Positions 39,015-50,409 of a DNA stretch of 64,000 bases are shown piece by piece. The position numbers were made by a program, and so were the translations under genes. The notes below the pieces were generated by a model, which was not told the DNA's origin, searched no databases, and was given only the letters and a program-made list of their open reading frames with translations. Numbering within the stretch: the first letter of the stretch is position 1; each line of letters opens with the position of its first letter. Origin of the DNA: an uncultured delta proteobacterium (GTDB lineage: Bacteria; Myxococcota; Myxococcia; Myxococcales; Anaeromyxobacteraceae); assembly GCA_963845515.1 (NCBI GenBank), contig CAWJSR010000049.1, forward strand, positions 76,722 through 140,721. Direction: 5' to 3'.

Positions 39015-40418
39015 ATGAGCAAGAAGCGCCAGTCGAAGCCCGTCTCCCGCGCGGCGCTGGCCGGGGAAGCAGATCCCCGCCTCGTCGCGCTCTCGGTCTC
39101 CATCCAGGACGACTCGGCCCTCTACGCGGAGGACATCCGCGGGAGCCAGGCCCACGTCACCATGCTCGCGCGCAAGGGGATCGTCCCGGCCGCCGTCGCG
39201 AAGCGGATCGTCGCCGCGCTCGACCGCGTGCGCGAGGAGTTCGCCGCCGGCAAGATCGCCTTCGACCCGTCCCTCGAGGACGTCCACACCCACGTCGAGC
39301 GGCGGCTGGGCGAGCTGGTCGGCAAGGACGCCGGCTACCTCCACGCCGGCCGCAGCCGCAACGACCAGGTCGCGCTCGACGAGCGGCTCTTCATCGTCGG
39401 CGCCTGCGATCGCGCCGACGCCGCGCTCGCCCGGCTCCAGGTCTCCTGCGTGAAGCGCGCGCGCGAGCACGAGGCGACGCTGCTGCCCGGGTACACCCAC
39501 CTCCAGCGCGCGCAGCCGGTGACGCTCGCGCACCACCTGCTGGCCCACGTCGAGGCGCTCGGCCGCGATCGCGAGCGGCTGGGCGAGGTCCGGCGCCGCG
39601 GCGCGATCTCGCCGCTCGGCTCCGGCGCGCTCGCCGGCACGACGCTGCCGCTCGACCGCGAGGGGGTCGCGAAGGCGCTCGGGCTCGGCGGCGTCACCCA
39701 GAACTCGCTCGACGCGGTCGCCGACCGCGACAGCGCCATCGAGCTCCTCTTCGCGGTCGCGCTCTCCGCCGTCCACCTCTCCCGCGTCGGCGAGGAGATC
39801 GTCCTCTGGACCACGAAGGAGTTCGGGTTCATGACGCTGGACGACGCCTTCGCGACCGGCTCGTCGCTCATGCCGCAGAAGAAGAACCCCGACGTCGGCG
39901 AGCTGGCGCGCGGCCGCGCCGGGCGCGCCATCGGCGACCTCGTCGCGCTGCTCGCCATCGTGAAGAACCTGCCGCTCAGCTACAACCGCGACATGCAGGA
40001 GGACAAGCGTCCGCTCCTCGGCGCCGCGGACGCGCTGGCCCTGACGGCAGACGCCGTCGCCGGCGCCATCGCGACCGCCACGTTCCACGCCGACGTGATG
40101 GAGGCCGCGCTCGGGTCGGGCGAGGCGCTCGCCACCGACGCGGCCGAGTACCTCGTCGACCGTGGCGTCCCCTTCCGTGAGGCGCACGAGGCGGTGGGCA
40201 AGGCCGCCAGGCTCGCGACCTCCCGTCGCGCGCCGCTCACGTCGCTCTCGGCGGCCGACTGGAAGGCGATCCACCCGACCTTCGAGAAGGACGTGCTGAA
40301 GTGCTTCGACGCGCGCCGCTCGCTCTCCCGCCGCGACATCACGGGCGCGCCGGGACCGAAGCAGGTGCGGCGTCAGCTCGCGCGCTGGGAGAAGGCGCTC
40401 GGGATCGTGTCGCGATGA
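39015..40418 (+). CDS. argH: Argininosuccinate lyase
   Basis: [42 protein letters not shown]. Confidence 0.97.
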   Translation: MSKKRQSKPVSRAALAGEADPRLVALSVSIQDDSALYAEDIRGSQAHVTMLARKGIVPAAVAKRIVAALDRVREEFAAGKIAFDPSLEDVHTHVERRLGELVGKDAGYLHAGRSRNDQVALDERLFIVGACDRADAALARLQVSCVKRAREHEATLLPGYTHLQRAQPVTLAHHLLAHVEALGRDRERLGEVRRRGAISPLGSGALAGTTLPLDREGVAKALGLGGVTQNSLDAVADRDSAIELLFAVALSAVHLSRVGEEIVLWTTKEFGFMTLDDAFATGSSLMPQKKNPDVGELARGRAGRAIGDLVALLAIVKNLPLSYNRDMQEDKRPLLGAADALALTADAVAGAIATATFHADVMEAALGSGEALATDAAEYLVDRGVPFREAHEAVGKAARLATSRRAPLTSLSAADWKAIHPTFEKDVLKCFDARRSLSRRDITGAPGPKQVRRQLARWEKALGIVSR

Positions 40419-40551
40419 GCCGGGCGCTCGCGATCGCGGCGGTCCTCGCTCCTGGCGGCGTGCGGGGTCAAGGCCCCGCCGCGCCCGCCAATCCAGCAGG
40501 GCAGCGAACCGGGGCGGCGAGGCTGCCGGAGAGCAGGGGACGAGGCCATGA
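40415..40551 (+). CDS. lptM: Small lipoprotein, LptM/YifL-like (frameshifted; not in the ORF track)
   Basis: ATGA overlap with arg[12 protein letters not shown], then in the +1 frame [14 protein letters not shown] (CG.K.P motif). Lies directly upstream of lysA. Confidence 0.65.
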
Positions 40552-41831
40552 ACCACTTCCAGCGCAAGGACGGCGTGCTCCACGCGGAGGAGATCCCGCT
40601 CGCCGAGCTCGCGGACGAGTTCGGCACGCCGCTCTACGTCTACTCGACGGCGACCCTCACCCGGCACTGGAAGGTGCTGGACGGCTCGCTCCGCGGGCTG
40701 CGCCACACCCTCTGCTACGCGGTGAAGGCCAACTCCAACCTCGCCATCCTGTCGCTCTTCGCGAAGCTCGGGTCGGGCTTCGACATCGTCTCGGGCGGCG
40801 AGCTCTTCCGCGTCGTCAAGGCGGGCGGCGACCCGCGCAAGGTGGTCTACAGCGGCGTTGGCAAGCGCGACGACGAGATCGCCTTCGCGCTCGAGGCCGG
40901 CGTCAGGACGCTGAACGTGGAGAGCGCCGCCGAGCTGGCGCGCGTCTCCATCGTGGCGCGCCGGCTGGGGGCCCGCGCGCCCGTCGCGCTCCGCGTGAAC
41001 CCCGACGTCGACCCGAAGACCCACCCGTACATCTCCACCGGCCTCAAGGAGAACAAGTTCGGCGTGGCCGTCGACGAGGCGCGGCGGCTCTACACCCTCG
41101 CGGCGAAGGACCCGGCGCTCCGGATCACCGGCGTCGCGTGCCACATCGGCTCGCAGATCACGACGGTGAAGCCGTTCGTCGACGCCGCCGGCCGCGTCAT
41201 GGCCCTCGTGAAGGAGCTCCAGAAGCAGGGGATCGCCTTCGATCACGTCGACCTCGGCGGCGGCCTCGGCATCCGGTACGACGACGAGACCCCGCCGGAG
41301 CCGGCGGCGTACGGCCGCGCGCTGAAGGCGGCGCTGAAGGGCTTCAAGGGCGAGGTGCTCCTCGAGCCGGGGCGCGTGCTGGTCGGCAACGCCGGCGTGC
41401 TGGTGACCCGTGTCCTCTACGTGAAGCGGAGCGGCAGGAAGACCTTCGTCGTCATCGACGGCGCCATGAACGATCTGGTCCGTCCGGCCTTCTACGACGC
41501 GTTCCACGCGATCGAGCCGGTGGCGGCGCCGCGGAAGGGGACGAAGGAGATCGTGGCCGACGTGGTGGGCCCGATCTGCGAGTCGGGCGACTTCCTCGCG
41601 AAGAAGCGCAAGCTCCCGGCGCCGGAGCACGGAGATCTCCTGGCCGTCCGCTCCGCCGGCGCCTACGGCTTCGCGATGTCCTCCAACTACAACACCAGGG
41701 CGCGAGCCGCCGAGGTGCTGGTCGACGGGCGGACGGCGTACCTGGCCCGCCGCCGCGAGACCTGGGAGGACCTGGTCCGCGGGGAGGAGCCTCGCCCGAA
41801 GGCGACGCGATTCTCCAGGAAGCGCAGATAG
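40548..41831 (+). CDS. lysA: Diaminopimelate decarboxylase
   Basis: YAVKAN, HIGSQI, DLGGG, EPGR, GPICESGD, GAYG..MSSNYN. Confidence 0.97.
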   Translation: MNHFQRKDGVLHAEEIPLAELADEFGTPLYVYSTATLTRHWKVLDGSLRGLRHTLCYAVKANSNLAILSLFAKLGSGFDIVSGGELFRVVKAGGDPRKVVYSGVGKRDDEIAFALEAGVRTLNVESAAELARVSIVARRLGARAPVALRVNPDVDPKTHPYISTGLKENKFGVAVDEARRLYTLAAKDPALRITGVACHIGSQITTVKPFVDAAGRVMALVKELQKQGIAFDHVDLGGGLGIRYDDETPPEPAAYGRALKAALKGFKGEVLLEPGRVLVGNAGVLVTRVLYVKRSGRKTFVVIDGAMNDLVRPAFYDAFHAIEPVAAPRKGTKEIVADVVGPICESGDFLAKKRKLPAPEHGDLLAVRSAGAYGFAMSSNYNTRARAAEVLVDGRTAYLARRRETWEDLVRGEEPRPKATRFSRKRR

Positions 41832-41887
41832 GCTACAGTTCCCGATCCCCTACGGCCCGCAAGGCGGACCGCAACGGAGCACCGAAA

Positions 41888-42778
41888 ATGGCCCGATTCG
41901 AAGGCTCGATGGTCGCCGTCGTCACCCCGATGAAGGACGGCGGCGTCGATCACAAGTCGCTGCGCGATCTCGTCGAGTTCCAGCTCGCCGAGGGGACCGA
42001 CGGCATCATCCCCTGTGGCACGACCGGCGAGGCGGCGACGCTCACGGCGAAGGAGCGGTACGAGGTCGTCAAGGCGGTGGTCGAGCAGGTCCGCGGGCGC
42101 GCGCTCGTCATCGCCGGCGCCGGCTCCAACGCCACCCATGAGGCGATAGACGGGGTGAAGGCCGCGAAGGAGCTGAAGGCCGACGCCGCGCTCGTCGTCA
42201 CGCCCTACTACAACAAGCCCCAGCCCGAGGGGCTCTACCTCCACTACACGGCCATCTGGGACGCGACGAAGTTCCCGGTGGTGGCCTACAACGTCCCCGG
42301 GCGCACCGCGGTGGACATGATGCCCGACACCGTCGCGCGGCTCGCGAAGACCGGCGCCATCGTCGCCATCAAGGAGGCGACGGCAAACATGGACCGGCAG
42401 GTCCAGCTGATCGAGAAGGTCGGCAAGGACGCCATCTCCTACCTCTCCGGCGACGACTTCACGGTCCTGCCCTACATCGCCTGCGGCGGCCACGGCGTCA
42501 TCTCCGTCGTCGCCAACATCATCCCGCGCGCCATGAAGGAGCTGGTGGTCGCGTGCCGCAAGGGTGACTTCGCGAAGGCGCTGGAGCTCCAGGTGGCGAT
42601 GGCGGAGCTCAACCGGATGATGTTCGTCGAGACCAACCCTGCGCCCGTGAAGGCGGCGGTCGCGCTGCTCGGCAAGGCGGGGCCGGAGATCCGGCTGCCG
42701 CTCGCGAGGGTCTCCGACGCCAGCCTCGCGAAGGTCCGCGAGGCGATGGTCAGGTTCGGGCTGAAGATCGCGGCGTAG
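41888..42778 (+). CDS. dapA: 4-hydroxy-tetrahydrodipicolinate synthase
   Basis: GTTGE, TPYYNKP, YNVPGRT, IKEA, SGDD, ETNP.PVK. Confidence 0.96.
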   Translation: MARFEGSMVAVVTPMKDGGVDHKSLRDLVEFQLAEGTDGIIPCGTTGEAATLTAKERYEVVKAVVEQVRGRALVIAGAGSNATHEAIDGVKAAKELKADAALVVTPYYNKPQPEGLYLHYTAIWDATKFPVVAYNVPGRTAVDMMPDTVARLAKTGAIVAIKEATANMDRQVQLIEKVGKDAISYLSGDDFTVLPYIACGGHGVISVVANIIPRAMKELVVACRKGDFAKALELQVAMAELNRMMFVETNPAPVKAAVALLGKAGPEIRLPLARVSDASLAKVREAMVRFGLKIAA

Positions 42779-42822
42779 CCCCCTCACCCTCGCCCTCTCC
42801 CCCGGGTGGGCGGGGGAGAGGG
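42779..42822 (-). repeat. Palindromic repeat copy D (dapA-dapB intergenic)
   Basis: CCCCCTCACCC-tcg-CCCTCTCCCCCG-ggtggg-CGGGGGAGAGGG. Confidence 0.9.
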
Positions 42823-42843
42823 GATAAGGTGGCGCGAGTCCTC

Positions 42844-43650
42844 ATGGCAAACGTCGTCGTCACCGGCGCCGCCGGTCGCATGGGCATCCAGATCGTCCGC
42901 ATGGTGAAGGAGGCCAGGGGGCTCACCCTCTCCGGCGCCGTGGAGCGCCCCGGCTACCCGGCCGGGCAGGACGCCGGCCTGATCGCCGGCGTCGGCCCGC
43001 TCGGCGTGGACATCGTCGACGCGCTCGGGAGGGCGCTCCCCGGCGCAGACGTCGTCATCGACTTCACCGCCTTCGAGGCGTCGGTGAGCCACGCCGCACT
43101 CTGTGCCGAGAAGGGGGTCGCGCTCGTCATCGGCTCCACCGGCTTCACCGCAGAGGCGAAGGCGAAGATCGCCGGGTTCGCGAAGAAGATCCCGGTCGTC
43201 CTCTCACCCAACATGAGCGTCGGCGTGAACGTGATGTTCGACCTCGTGCGGCGCGCGGCCGCGATCCTGGGCGAGGCCTACGACATCGAGCTGGTGGAGC
43301 TCCACCACAAGCTGAAGAAGGACGCGCCGAGCGGGACCGCGATGCGGCTCGCCGAGGTCGCCGCCGAGGCCCGCGGCCTCGACCCGGCGAAGGAGCTGAA
43401 CTACGCCCGCCACGGGATGATCGGCGAGCGCCCCGCGCGCGAGATCGGGGTGCAGACGATCCGCGGCGGCGACATCGTCGGCGAGCACACCGTCTACTAC
43501 TGCGGCGAGGGGGAGCGGCTGGAGATCACGCACCGCGCGACCAGCCGCGACCAGTTCGCGCGCGGCGCCGTCCGCGCCGCGCAGTGGGCCGCCGGGAAGC
43601 CTGCCGGGCTCTACGACATGGCCGACGTGCTCGGCCTGAAGGGCGCCTGA
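42844..43650 (+). CDS. dapB: 4-hydroxy-tetrahydrodipicolinate reductase
   Basis: [39 protein letters not shown]. Confidence 0.96.
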   Translation: MANVVVTGAAGRMGIQIVRMVKEARGLTLSGAVERPGYPAGQDAGLIAGVGPLGVDIVDALGRALPGADVVIDFTAFEASVSHAALCAEKGVALVIGSTGFTAEAKAKIAGFAKKIPVVLSPNMSVGVNVMFDLVRRAAAILGEAYDIELVELHHKLKKDAPSGTAMRLAEVAAEARGLDPAKELNYARHGMIGERPAREIGVQTIRGGDIVGEHTVYYCGEGERLEITHRATSRDQFARGAVRAAQWAAGKPAGLYDMADVLGLKGA

Positions 43651-44402
43651 TGCGCTACGTCCGCTACCGCCGCGCGGGGCAGGAGCGCTACGGCCAGATC
43701 GAGAAGGAGCTGGTGCGCCCGCTCACGGGCCCGCCGTGGCTCGGGGGAACCCCCGAGGGCTCGCCGCTCCCGCTCGCCGACGTCCAGCTCCTCGCCCCCG
43801 CCCAGCCCTCCAAGATCGTCTGCGTCGGCAGGAACTACATGGCGCACGCGAAGGAGATGGGGTGGGAGGTGCCGAAGGAGCCGCTCATCTTCCTCAAGCC
43901 TTCGACCGCGGTGATCGGCCCCGGCGACGAGATCCGCTGCCCGCCGCAGTCCAAGGAGGTCCACTTCGAGGCCGAGCTGGGGGTCGTGATCGGGAGGCCG
44001 CTCACGCGCGTCTCGACGAGCGAGGCCAGGCTGGGGATCCTCGGCTGGACCTGCGTGAACGACGTGACCGCGCGCGACATCCAGCGGGAGGAGAAGCAGT
44101 TCACCCGCGCGAAGGGGTTCGACACCTTCTGCCCGATCGGCCCGTGGATCGAGACCAACCTCGATCCGCTCGAGGTCTCGGTCGTCTGCAGGCTCAACGG
44201 GGAGGAGAGGCAGCGCGGCTACCCGCGGGACATGGCCTTCGACCCCTTCGCCATCGTCTCCTACGTCTCGCACGTCATGACGCTGCTGCCCGGCGACGTG
44301 ATCGCGACCGGCACGCCGGAGGGGGTCGGTGCCATCCAGCGCGGTGACTGGGTCGAGGTGGAGGTGACCGGGATCGGGGTGCTGAAGAATCCGGTCGTCT
44401 GA
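43650..44402 (+). CDS. Fumarylacetoacetate hydrolase family protein
   Basis: KIVCVGRNY, FEAEL, NDVTARD, KGFDTF, TGTPEGVG. Confidence 0.93.
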   Translation: MRYVRYRRAGQERYGQIEKELVRPLTGPPWLGGTPEGSPLPLADVQLLAPAQPSKIVCVGRNYMAHAKEMGWEVPKEPLIFLKPSTAVIGPGDEIRCPPQSKEVHFEAELGVVIGRPLTRVSTSEARLGILGWTCVNDVTARDIQREEKQFTRAKGFDTFCPIGPWIETNLDPLEVSVVCRLNGEERQRGYPRDMAFDPFAIVSYVSHVMTLLPGDVIATGTPEGVGAIQRGDWVEVEVTGIGVLKNPVV

Positions 44403-44427
44403 GCCCCCCGGACGCCTCGCCCCGCGG

Positions 44428-45762
44428 CTACTCCGGGCGCTCGACGGTCGGCGCGGCGATCGGAAGCAGGACGCGGATCACGTTGCCGTGCGCGGGGTCG
44501 CTCTCCGCCCGAACGTCTCCGCCGACCGCGCGGACGATCCCCAGCACCGCGCCGAGGCCGGCGGCGCCGCCGGCCCGCGCCTGTCCGAAGAACGGCTCAC
44601 ATAGGTGGAGCATCTCCTCCGGCGGACGGGCCGGCCCGTCGTCGCGGATCTCGATCACCAGCCGCAGCGGTCCGTCGCAGTGGCCGGTGACGCGGATCTC
44701 GCGGCGATCCGTTCCTCCCGGCGGCATCGCCTCCGCTGCGTGGCGCAGCAGGCTCCCGATCGCGCGCGCCAGCCGGCTGTCCTTCCCGGCGACCCGGGGC
44801 AGCTCCGGGATGTCGACGACGAGCCCGGCGCGACGCTCCACCTGCTCCCGGGACTCCGCGACCGCCTCGGCGACCACGTCGCGCACGTCGGTGGCGCCGT
44901 CTCCATCGCCGACGCCACCCGCGAAGGCCCTGAGGTCGTGCATCAGCTCCCCGACCCTGCGCGCGGACCCCTGGGCGTCCGCGAGGGCGCGCCGGATCTC
45001 CTCGCCGTCGGTGACGTCCGGCGGGAGCGCGTCGAGCGCGAACGAGACGTTGCTCAGCACGCAGCTGAGCGGGTTGTTGATGTGGTGGCAGAGGCCGGCC
45101 GCGACGGAGCCGACGGCAGCCAGGCGCTCGGCCGCCATGAGGCGCGCCTGCGTCCGCCGGGCCTCGGTGACGTCCTCGACGACTCCGATGAGGAAGCGGA
45201 ACCGTCCGCGCTCGTCCCGGACGGCGCTCGCGCGCAAGGACATCGGGACCTCCTTGCCGTCCTTGCGCACGTACCAGCGGTCGTCGGAGTAGGAGTCCAG
45301 CTCCCCGGCAGCGAGCTTCCGAAGCCACGACATGGCGCGGCCGCGGTCCGCCGGCCGGTTCAGGTCGGCGATCCCCAGCGACGTCAGCTCGGCGGCGGTG
45401 TAGCCGAGCACGTCCTGGAGGGCGGCGTTCGCCTCCAGCACCCGCCCCTCGCCGTCGGCGAGGAGCATGCCGAAGCGGGCGTACGCGAAGGCGCTCCTGA
45501 GCTTCTCCTCCGCGAGGTGCGCGTGGTGCTCCGCCTCGTGCCAGCGCTTCGTGGAGCGCGAGGCGCTGCGCCCCAGCCACGCGGCGCCGATGGCCGCCGC
45601 GCAGGCGAACCCCGCCTCCAGGAGCGCCGAGGTGTCGTCGTGGCGGAACGAGATGAGCGCGGCGAAGGCCGAGGTGCTGGCGGAGAGCAGCGTCAGGGCT
45701 ACGACGCCGTGATGGTGCGAGTCCGTCATGGATCTGTGTCCGTCGCTGTCAGCGTCGCTCAC
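44428..45762 (-). CDS. Membrane PAS sensor histidine kinase (atypical boxes)
   Basis: Two TM helices, PAS/PAC (RKDG, EDVT), H-box HHINNPL, degenerate N-box, DDG, EPFF. Confidence 0.85.
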   Translation of the reverse strand: MSDADSDGHRSMTDSHHHGVVALTLLSASTSAFAALISFRHDDTSALLEAGFACAAAIGAAWLGRSASRSTKRWHEAEHHAHLAEEKLRSAFAYARFGMLLADGEGRVLEANAALQDVLGYTAAELTSLGIADLNRPADRGRAMSWLRKLAAGELDSYSDDRWYVRKDGKEVPMSLRASAVRDERGRFRFLIGVVEDVTEARRTQARLMAAERLAAVGSVAAGLCHHINNPLSCVLSNVSFALDALPPDVTDGEEIRRALADAQGSARRVGELMHDLRAFAGGVGDGDGATDVRDVVAEAVAESREQVERRAGLVVDIPELPRVAGKDSRLARAIGSLLRHAAEAMPPGGTDRREIRVTGHCDGPLRLVIEIRDDGPARPPEEMLHLCEPFFGQARAGGAAGLGAVLGIVRAVGGDVRAESDPAHGNVIRVLLPIAAPTVERPE

Positions 45763-45801
45763 TCCCCCCCCCCTCCCCCAACGCCCTGGCTCGTCGTGAT
45801 C

Positions 45802-47508
45802 CTAGAAGCGGCGGTACTGGCGATCGCGCTGCCCGGCGGTGTCACCCGACGCCAGGGCCGCCTGAGGCAGCGCCGCGGCGTCACCGTGGGCGCGGGCTGC
45901 CGGCGCCGGGATGACGGGGTGGGGCTGGTAGGGTCGCTGCAGCAGCGCAGCGGCGTGCTGGGCCGCGCTGGAGCTCCCTCTGGCGTGGGCGTTGGCCGCG
46001 CGCTCGAGCCCCGCGTCGAGCCGGAAGAAGGACATCAGCGACTGGAGCGACTCCGCCTGACTGGACATCTCCTCCGCCGTGGACGAGAGCTCCTCCGCTG
46101 CCGAGGCGTTGCGCTGCGTCACCTGGTCCACCTGCGACATCGCCCTGTTGATCTGCGCGACGCCGCTGGACTGCTCCTGGCTGGCCGCCGCGACCTCCTG
46201 GACCAGGTCCGCCGTCTTCCGGATCGAGGGCACGAGCTCCGCGAGCAGCTTCCCGGATCGCTCGGCGACCTTCACGCTGCTCCCGGCGAGCGCGCCGATC
46301 TCCTTGGCCGCGACCTGCGCCCGCTCGGCGAGCTTGCGGACCTCCTGCGCCACCACCGCGAACCCCCTCCCGTGCTCGCCGGCGCGGGCGGCCTCGATGG
46401 CGGCGTTGAGGGCGAGCAGGTTGGTCTGGTACGCGATCTCCTCGATGATCGAGGTCCGCTCGGCGATCTCCTTCATGGCGCCGACCGTCTCGACCACGGC
46501 GCGGCCGCTCTCGTCCGCGTTCTGCGCGCTGCCGTTCGCCATCTCCTCGGTCTGCCGGCTGTTCTCGGCGTTCTGGCCGATGGAGGCACCCATCTCCTCT
46601 AGCGACGAGGTGGTCTCCTCCACGCTCGCGGCCTGCTCGCCGGTCCCCTGCGAGAGCACCTGCGACGTCGAGGACACCTGGCCGGCGGCCGACGCGAGCG
46701 CGTCCGCGCCGGTCCTGACCTCGCCGATGATCTGCTGGAGCTTCTCGGTCATCGCGCGGATGGAGGCCTGGAGCTGTCCGATCTCGTCCTCGCTCTCCAC
46801 GACGATGTTCTCGCGCAGGTCGCCCGCGGCGATCTTGTCGGTCAACGTCACGACCTTCAGGACCGGGACCGTGATGCTGCGCGTGACGAGCCCGGCGATG
46901 AGCGCAGCCAGCAGCACCGAGAGCACGATGATCGACAGGACCGCGATGCGGGCGGCGGCGTAGGACGCCTGCGACTCCTCGCGCGCAGCCGCCATCTGCT
47001 CGCCCTCGTAGGCGACCATCGCGTCCCACGCGTCGTTCACCAGCATGAGCTTGGGGATGACCTCCTTGATGGCGACCGCCTGCGCCTCCTCCAGGCGCCC
47101 GTCGAGCAGCAGCCCCTTTGCGCGGTTGTAGGGGTCCAGGTAGCCGGCGCGGGCCTCCTGCACGCCCCTCAGCAGCTCCTTGCCCCTGGCGCGCACCACG
47201 TTGGCCTGGCGCTTCTCCACGAGCGCGACCGCCGCGCGCCGGTTGGCGTCCATCGCGGCGAGGATCCGCTCGATGTCGGCCTTCTCCCTGGAGAGGAAGA
47301 GCTGCCCGGTCAGGGAGGCCTGGAGCTGGGCCCGCTCGGCCCCCTCGGCTGCGATCTGCGCCTTTCCCCAGCGCTCGATCGCGACCTCGTCCATGTGCTC
47401 GTTGATGCTCGCCATGCGGCTGAGGCCGAGCCAGCCGACTGCGATGAGCACCAGGATCAGGAACGAGAACGCCAGCGCCAGCCGGGTGCCGATACGGAGC
47501 TTCGTCAC
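45802..47508 (-). CDS. Methyl-accepting chemotaxis protein (4-helix ligand domain, HAMP)
   Basis: [30 protein letters not shown], two TM helices, DEIG. GTG start after GGAGAG. Confidence 0.95.
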   Translation of the reverse strand: MTKLRIGTRLALAFSFLILVLIAVGWLGLSRMASINEHMDEVAIERWGKAQIAAEGAERAQLQASLTGQLFLSREKADIERILAAMDANRRAAVALVEKRQANVVRARGKELLRGVQEARAGYLDPYNRAKGLLLDGRLEEAQAVAIKEVIPKLMLVNDAWDAMVAYEGEQMAAAREESQASYAAARIAVLSIIVLSVLLAALIAGLVTRSITVPVLKVVTLTDKIAAGDLRENIVVESEDEIGQLQASIRAMTEKLQQIIGEVRTGADALASAAGQVSSTSQVLSQGTGEQAASVEETTSSLEEMGASIGQNAENSRQTEEMANGSAQNADESGRAVVETVGAMKEIAERTSIIEEIAYQTNLLALNAAIEAARAGEHGRGFAVVAQEVRKLAERAQVAAKEIGALAGSSVKVAERSGKLLAELVPSIRKTADLVQEVAAASQEQSSGVAQINRAMSQVDQVTQRNASAAEELSSTAEEMSSQAESLQSLMSFFRLDAGLERAANAHARGSSSAAQHAAALLQRPYQPHPVIPAPAARAHGDAAALPQAALASGDTAGQRDRQYRRF

Positions 47509-47653
47509 GGATCTCTCTCCCGGTGCGCCGGTCCTGCGCACCATTCGGATTCCCAGCCCTGACTCGGGTCCGGGTGATTCATCGATCTCGAGGACACCAG
47601 CCGCCGACAGCGCTCTCCGCAAGGTCGCGGCCCCCGGAGCGCAGACGAGCGTC

Positions 47654-47669
47654 TGCAACGCGAGTGCCG
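47654..47669 (-). promoter_or_regulatory. Sigma54-type -24/-12 promoter upstream of the MCP gene
   Basis: CGGCAC-TCGCG-TTGCA vs consensus TGGCAC-N5-TTGC(A/T). Confidence 0.6.
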
Positions 47670-47854
47670 GGTCTGCCACGGTCGCGGGGTGGGTGCGGCA
47701 GGCCGCCGCACCCAGAGTTCAGGCCCGAAAGGAGTAGGTAAGCGAGAGCTAGCGACGCGACGCGTCGCGATGAGTTGACCGAACGTGAATGAGGTCGCGC
47801 AGGACCCGGGGTTCGCCTGCGCGGGTCGGCGCGGTCCGGCCGGGCGCGAACGAA

Positions 47855-47889
47855 GACTCCCCGCCCTGCGCCAGGCAGGGCGGGGAGTC
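47855..47889 (-). terminator. Hairpin terminator after the multicopper oxidase gene
   Basis: GACTCCCCGCCCTGC/GCAGGGCGGGGAGTC inverted repeat followed by TTCGTT on the minus strand. Confidence 0.75.
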
Positions 47890-47913
47890 AGGACTCCGAG
47901 CTGGCCGTGGGGC

Positions 47914-50210
47914 CTAGTAGCTGGTCCCCTTCACGATCGGGCGCGCGGACGGGATCGGCGCGAGCGGGTTCAGCTGCACCGACGTCGGCCGCATCATCTC
48001 GTTGTCCTCGTGGTCGATGATGTGGCAGTGCCAGACGTAGTTGGTCAGCCCGCCGTCGTTCGGATCGAACGGGAAGAACGCCTGCGGCTGGTGCCGTCGC
48101 GAGCGGCAGGCTCGTCGGCGCCCAGCGGACCACGAACCGGGTCACCATCCCGGGCGGGACGACGATGGTGTCCTTCCAGCCGGTCTCCTGCGCGGCCGGC
48201 GAGCCGATCGCCGTCCCTGCAGGAACGGGGTGACGTCGGGGTTGCCGCCGTCGAGCGGGAACGTCCCAGTCGGCGTGACGCGGCTCGCGCCGGAGTACGG
48301 CAGCGGCGGGCCGTAGCCCGGCATGTAGAGCCCGCCGGGGAAGGCCGCGCCGTAGGCCGCGGTGTAGCCGGCCGCGTCGAACGCTCTGCCGGTTCAGGAG
48401 CTGGAACTGGACGAGGTGCAGGTGGATCGGGTGGGCGTCGGCGGTGATGTTCACGATCTCCCAGAGCTCGGTCTCACCCTCGTTCGGCAGCTCGGAGAAC
48501 CAGGTGGTCCGTCCACCCGACGTGATCGGCGTGAAGTCCGGGCGCGTCATCTGCATCCCGCCCATCGAGTGGACGCCGGTCCACTTGGTGTTGTTGACGA
48601 GGATCTCCAGCGGCCCGCCCGGGTAGGCGATCGGCGCGCCGGTGACGACGTCGTAGCCGGTCATCGGCATCCCCATGACCTCGTTGAGCGTCAGCTGCCG
48701 GATCTTCGTGGGGGCCGCGATGCAGCGTCCCGGTGAGCGGGTTCACGAGCCGGGTGATCGCCTGGCCCGCGCCGCGGATGGCGCCGCCGAGCGCCGGGTC
48801 GTAGCTGCGCGTCCGCGACGACCGGGGCCGCGCCGACGCGGAACTGCACGATCTGGCCGAGCGTGCTGCCGCCGGGCGGGGGGCCGCCGGGGTAGGGCGT
48901 ACGGCCGGTGTTCCGCAGGAGCAGCCGGGAGTTCGGGAAGGCCTGCGAAGTCGATGATCACCTCGTACCGCTCGCCGGGCATGATCACGAGCTTGCCGCC
49001 GAGCGCCGGATCGACCACCTGCGGCGAGTCGAGGTAGCCGCCGTCGGTGCCGATCACGTTCAGGGCGGGGCCAGGCATGCCGGTGGCGGGGTTCACGAGG
49101 AAGAGCTCGTAGGTGCGCGCGTTGGAGCCGTTCAGGAAGAGGAAGCGGTAGCGCTTCGGCTGCGACGTTGACGAACGGCCAGGCCTTGCCGTTGACGACG
49201 ATGGTGTCGCCGATGAACTCGGGGATCCAGTAGGGGTGCTCGGGGTTGAGCGCGTTGACCACGCCACCCCAGGTGGCCGCCGGGAAGAAGAGCTGGCCGG
49301 TGGTGTCGAACATCCGGTCCTGGATCACGAGCGGGATGACCTCGCCGACGCCCTGGAGGTTGGGCGGCAGCGCCAGGTCGGGATCGGTGAGGAAGTAGGC
49401 CCCGGCGAGCCCGGCGTAGACGTTGAGCCGCGTGGCGCCGAGCGTGTGGTCGTGGAACCAGAGCGGCCCCGCCTCCTGCGTGTTCGGATAGGCGTAGGTC
49501 GCGCCGTTGGCCGGAGCCGCGCCGCCGGCCTTCGTGTAGTACTTGTGCCCCTTGATGAGGCCGTCGCTCGTGAACCAGGAGTCGGGCGAGCCGTCGATTC
49601 CGGGCGGCACCTCGCCGCCGTGCAGGTGCGGGACCGCCGGGATCGGGCCGTCGTAGTTCCAGGAGCACGGCGTGTTGTAGGCCGGGATCCCCATCGTCGC
49701 CGCGGTCTGGGTCATGCAGTCGAGGCCGTACGGATCGGCCCAGTGGAGGGTCGGGTCGGTGCTGAACTTGTAGGCGAGGACGTTGGTCGTCGCGGCGGTC
49801 CCGAGGTTGTTGATCCAGGTGATCTCGGTGGGCACGTTGCGCCTCGCGATCACCACCGGGCCGATGTACGTCTGCTGAGGGGCGGTGGGGCAGGCGCCGG
49901 CGATCGAGTAGCCCCAGGTCCACGTGCTGGTCTGGACGCCGGGCGCGATGGTGCCGAGCGGCAGGATGTTGGTCGGGAACTCGCACATCGTGACGGCCAG
50001 GTTCGTCGCCGCGGTCGTCGCGATCGGCCCCCCCTGGACGTCCAGGAGCGGGAGCGGCTGCACGAACTTCTTGATGGCCTTCGGCGAGAGCGGCACCTGC
50101 GTGTTTGGCGCGAGAGGCACCTGCGAACGGGCGCTTTCAGGCGCGAGCATGATCAGGACCGCGAGCGTGGAAAGGAGATACTGCCCCCTCCTGCAAAGAC
50201 TGGTTCTCAT
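47914..50210 (-). CDS. Multicopper oxidase (CotA/bilirubin oxidase-like), several frameshifts
   Basis: [33 protein letters not shown] spread across frames. Signal peptide. Confidence 0.9.
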
Positions 50211-50409
50211 GATTTCTCTCCTCACTCGCGTTCCGTCTGGCGTGGCACTGCAGTTGGGCTAGGGCAATTTGCCGCGTGAGCGCGATTGACACACATGTAG
50301 GAGTGCGAACGTTTGATTTCGCGTCCCAAGCGGGTGCTGACGCACTAAGAGTGTGTGCCCGGGTGAGGCGTCTGGCCTGCCGAAGCGCGGCAGGCTATGG
50401 AGGGCGGCG

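Noticed and set aside
40301..42778. 825-aa DapA with a long N-terminal extension; likewise 605-aa AroF, 591-aa MqnD, 870-aa propeller and 828-aa kinase
   Set aside because: The extensions are off-frame read-through of upstream genes; true starts with an RBS or overlap lie downstream.
45764..45779. C10-T-C5 homopolymer as a phase-variation tract
   Set aside because: Intergenic and in a high-GC, error-prone assembly; no supporting evidence.
47510..47800. Cyclic-dinucleotide (GEMM) riboswitch upstream of the MCP gene
   Set aside because: Short hairpins exist, but I could not find the GEMM consensus; a sigma54 motif explains the region better.
50244..50258. Sigma54-like TGGCAC-N5-TTGG on the plus strand before folK
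   Set aside because: The conserved -12 GC is missing.
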